Source: an uncultured Clostridia bacterium (GTDB lineage: Bacteria > Bacillota > Clostridia > Christensenellales > UBA1242). Taken from it: DNA of 64,000 nt. The DNA lies in the NCBI GenBank assembly GCA_947382485.1, contig CANCYS010000004.1, positions 6,385-70,384 on the forward strand, read 5' to 3'. Of the stretch, positions 61,829 through 64,000 are shown piece by piece. Every line of letters starts with the position of its first letter. The first letter of the stretch is position 1. Both the position numbers and the translations under genes were made by a program. Under the pieces are notes generated by a model that was not told the DNA's origin, searched no databases, and saw only the letters and a list, made by a program, of their open reading frames with translations.

Positions 61829-62833
61829 GTGAACAAAGAAAACGACAATCATATTGACCAAATGCTTTATAATTCTAAGTCATTGGGGTTGTTGAATATT
61901 AGAGAACTGCGAGATATGGGTCGAAAATTCGGCGTTCCATCTCCAACAACCTTGAAAAAAGATAAACTTATAGAATATATTTTAAAAATTGTTTATGGCG
62001 AGGTTGCAACTCCAAGCAGAAGCAATTATGGCAGACCTAGTACAAGAGACTTTGATATGCCGAAATATATTGAAAAAATAAAAAAAAATTCTGACATGAC
62101 TTCCGAACTTATTAAGGCAACACTTGATAATGATTTCGGAAGCATGACAGTTTCAAGTCCATCATCTGATTATGATGCAGAAGATGACATTGAAACAAGA
62201 GTGTTTTTTGAAGAAAATGGCAAGTTTTATTTAAGAGTTCATCAATTTGTTAGTTCAAACAATGACATCGAAATTTCAGTTAGTATCGTAAAAAGATATA
62301 ACCTTGAAAATTTAGATATAATTGAAATAATCAAAGCCGATGAGTTTTACAAAATCGTCACTATAAATGGCATTAGCATAGGTGGTAAATTTGGAAGTTT
62401 AACCATTTCTGGTAGGTCAGTTGTAAAAGGTGATAACCAGGTTTTTAATTTACGTACAAAAGAAGAAATAGAAAATTCAATAAATGAAATAGTTGAAACT
62501 GTTGAAGGTTCAAACTTGAAATTATTAATTTTTTCTAATAAAAAATATTTAGATAATGAAAATTTAAATGCAACTTATAGCTTAGATGAAGAAAACTCTA
62601 AGATTTATAAGAAGTTTATGAATTTAGTCAAAACTTGTGAAAAGTTTTGCAGTGAAAGTGAAGATGTTGTGCTTGTTATTGAAAATGCTGACGATATTCA
62701 AAAAATGATTAATTCTTTTGAAAGTTCGGTTTCAGAGAGAATAAAAAAGCACTTAAAAGAAATGTTTTCAAAATTCTTAAATCTTGAAAACATAGTAATT
62801 TCATATAAAATTGAAGAAGATTTTAATTACTAA
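61829..62833 (+). CDS. Rho-like protein: Rho N-terminal domain plus Rho RNA-binding (CSD-like) domain, without a recognisable ATPase domain
   Basis: GTG start 6 nt after GGAGG. LNIRELRDMGRKFGVPSPTTLKKDKLIEYIL is like Rho_N. FFEENGKFYLRV...NNDIEISVSIVKRYNLENLDIIEI...FYKIVTINGI is like the Rho OB domain (DGFGFLR...[19 protein letters not shown]...YFALLKVN). Confidence 0.6.
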   Translation: MNKENDNHIDQMLYNSKSLGLLNIRELRDMGRKFGVPSPTTLKKDKLIEYILKIVYGEVATPSRSNYGRPSTRDFDMPKYIEKIKKNSDMTSELIKATLDNDFGSMTVSSPSSDYDAEDDIETRVFFEENGKFYLRVHQFVSSNNDIEISVSIVKRYNLENLDIIEIIKADEFYKIVTINGISIGGKFGSLTISGRSVVKGDNQVFNLRTKEEIENSINEIVETVEGSNLKLLIFSNKKYLDNENLNATYSLDEENSKIYKKFMNLVKTCEKFCSESEDVVLVIENADDIQKMINSFESSVSERIKKHLKEMFSKFLNLENIVISYKIEEDFNY

Positions 62834-63089
62834 GACTAGCATTTTCAATAATGAATTTTTCAAAATCAATAGATTCAATAAAATCCCTAGGCAGAAAAAC
62901 TGCATTGTTAAAGTCCACATAATTTTTTATGTGGCTTTTTAATATGACAGGAGTTGGTATGTCTAGTTCATGACACATCTTTTCAATATGTTTGTAAAGT
63001 TGGTCTTCTTTAAATGAATCTATACTTTCATAGATATACGACCTTGTGATTTTACTTTCAACCATTGTTCTTGCCCAAATTCTAACCAT
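62823..63089 (-). CDS. hypothetical small protein
   Basis: 88 aa, AGGAG RBS. Its 3' end overlaps the Rho-like gene by 11 nt, convergently. Confidence 0.45.
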   Translation of the reverse strand: MVRIWARTMVESKITRSYIYESIDSFKEDQLYKHIEKMCHELDIPTPVILKSHIKNYVDFNNAVFLPRDFIESIDFEKFIIENASLSN

Positions 63090-63165
63090 ATTTTTCTCCT
63101 AGAATTTAATACTAAAATAATACCAATTTTTATAAAATTAATCAAGTGAAAGACTTCCATAGAAT

Positions 63166-63194
63166 TTGACATTTTAAAAATTTTATAATATAAT
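63166..63194 (+). promoter_or_regulatory. perfect consensus sigma-70 promoter for greA
   Basis: TTGACA (63166-63171), 17-nt spacer, TATAAT (63189-63194). Confidence 0.7.
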
Positions 63195-63239
63195 ACACTA
63201 AGTTTATTAATCTAGTTGTATTTGCTAGAAGGAGGAACT

Positions 63240-63707
63240 ATGTCTGAATTATTTATAACCTTAAAAGGAAAACAAGAAAAAGAAGAAAGATTGAGATATC
63301 TTAAAAATGAAAAGCGTCCAGAAGTGCTTGAAAAATTAAAAATCGCAAGAGACTTTGGTGACCTTAGTGAAAACAGTGAATATGATGCTGCAAAAAAAGA
63401 ACAATCAATTGTTGAAACAGAAATTGCAAGCATTGAAGAAACTCTCAGAAAAGCAACCATCATTGAAGATAAAGATGTAACAAATGACACAGTTGGTGTT
63501 GGAAATTCAGTTACAGTTGTTGATTTAGAGTTTGGTGATGAAGAAACTTATAAAATTGTTGGTGTAATTGAAAGTGACCCAGATAAAAATTATGTTTCTA
63601 ATGAGTCTCCAATGGGTGCTGGTTTAATGGGAAAAAAAGTTGGCGAAATCGCTGATGTTGTGACCCCAAATGGTGTTATTAAATTTAAAATTAAAAAAAT
63701 ATTTTAA
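63240..63707 (+). CDS. greA: transcription elongation factor GreA
   Basis: Start moved to ATG 63240 (MSELFITLKG) after the GGAGG RBS. GDLSENSEYDAAK tip; C-terminal ESPMGAGLMGKKVGE. 155 aa. Confidence 0.9.
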   Translation: MSELFITLKGKQEKEERLRYLKNEKRPEVLEKLKIARDFGDLSENSEYDAAKKEQSIVETEIASIEETLRKATIIEDKDVTNDTVGVGNSVTVVDLEFGDEETYKIVGVIESDPDKNYVSNESPMGAGLMGKKVGEIADVVTPNGVIKFKIKKIF

Positions 63708-63710
63708 AAT

Positions 63711-63737
63711 AAAAGTGTGGAAAGTCCACACTTTTTA
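63711..63737 (+). terminator. rho-independent terminator after greA
   Basis: AGTGTGGA-AAG-TCCACACT plus T5. Confidence 0.85.
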
Positions 63738-63806
63738 TATTTTTCTTACAAATTTATTGTTTGACAATGTGGGCTTATTTGCATTATTCTATAATTAGAG
63801 GTAAAT

Positions 63807-64000
63807 ATGCTTGTATATGATGATTTTATAAATAACTCAAAAGCCTTCAACATGGTTAAATTAGACGCTGAAAGAGAGCGTTTTTGTCATGCTTATATGT
63901 TTGTTCATAAAGATGAAAACTTTCTTTTAAAATTTTGTGAGAAAGTTTCAAAATTATTTATTAATTTAAATGAAAAAGACAAACAAGAAAACAACAATCT
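63807..64000 (+). CDS. 3'-truncated gene, possibly DNA polymerase III delta' (HolB)-like
   Basis: My translation is MLVYDDFINNSKAFNMVKLDAERERFCHAYMFVHKDENF... The HAYMF motif resembles the HAYLF of HolB. No P-loop follows, and the ORF runs off the window. Confidence 0.35.
   Translation, partial: MLVYDDFINNSKAFNMVKLDAERERFCHAYMFVHKDENFLLKFCEKVSKLFINLNEKDKQENNN

Overview
AT-rich, compact, mostly housekeeping window from a Firmicutes/Bacillota-like anaerobe. All calls rest on motif recognition and reading the DNA; no database search was possible. From about 1.7 to 17.2 kb lies an almost complete S10-spc-alpha ribosomal protein cluster (rpsJ to rplQ, with secY, adk, infA, rpmJ, rpoA), preceded by rplI. 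Next come an M-box-controlled mgtE, rnr, smpB and tmRNA, and a DCTPP1-like/DNPH1-like/PnuC-like nucleotide cluster. They are followed by pflBA, rubrerythrin, glgBA, xth, SAM-riboswitch-controlled metK, PFOR (nifJ), truA, rplM-rpsI, ung, acpP, veg, a SpoVID/SipL-like LysM protein, greA and a partial holB-like gene. Many genes have near-perfect TTGACA-17-TATAAT promoters and clear hairpin/T-run terminators. No rRNA, tRNA, CRISPR array, transposase or integrase was seen. Most worth following up: (1) two distantly paralogous unknown proteins with a consensus promoter, inserted in opposite orientation between rnr and smpB-ssrA. (2) A tandemly duplicated divergent module of a small unknown protein plus a probably leaderless 68-aa XRE repressor, with a palindrome in the small gene's promoter spacer. 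(3) A Rho-like protein with the Rho N-terminal and RNA-binding domains but no recognisable ATPase. (4) A five-gene operon ending in three unknown proteins, one a P-loop-less shikimate-kinase-like pseudokinase. (5) An L24 carrying a CxxC...CxxC zinc ribbon, plus K/A/T/E-rich extensions on several ribosomal proteins. (6) A degenerate copy of the rpsM initiation region in an unusually long rpmJ-rpsM spacer.
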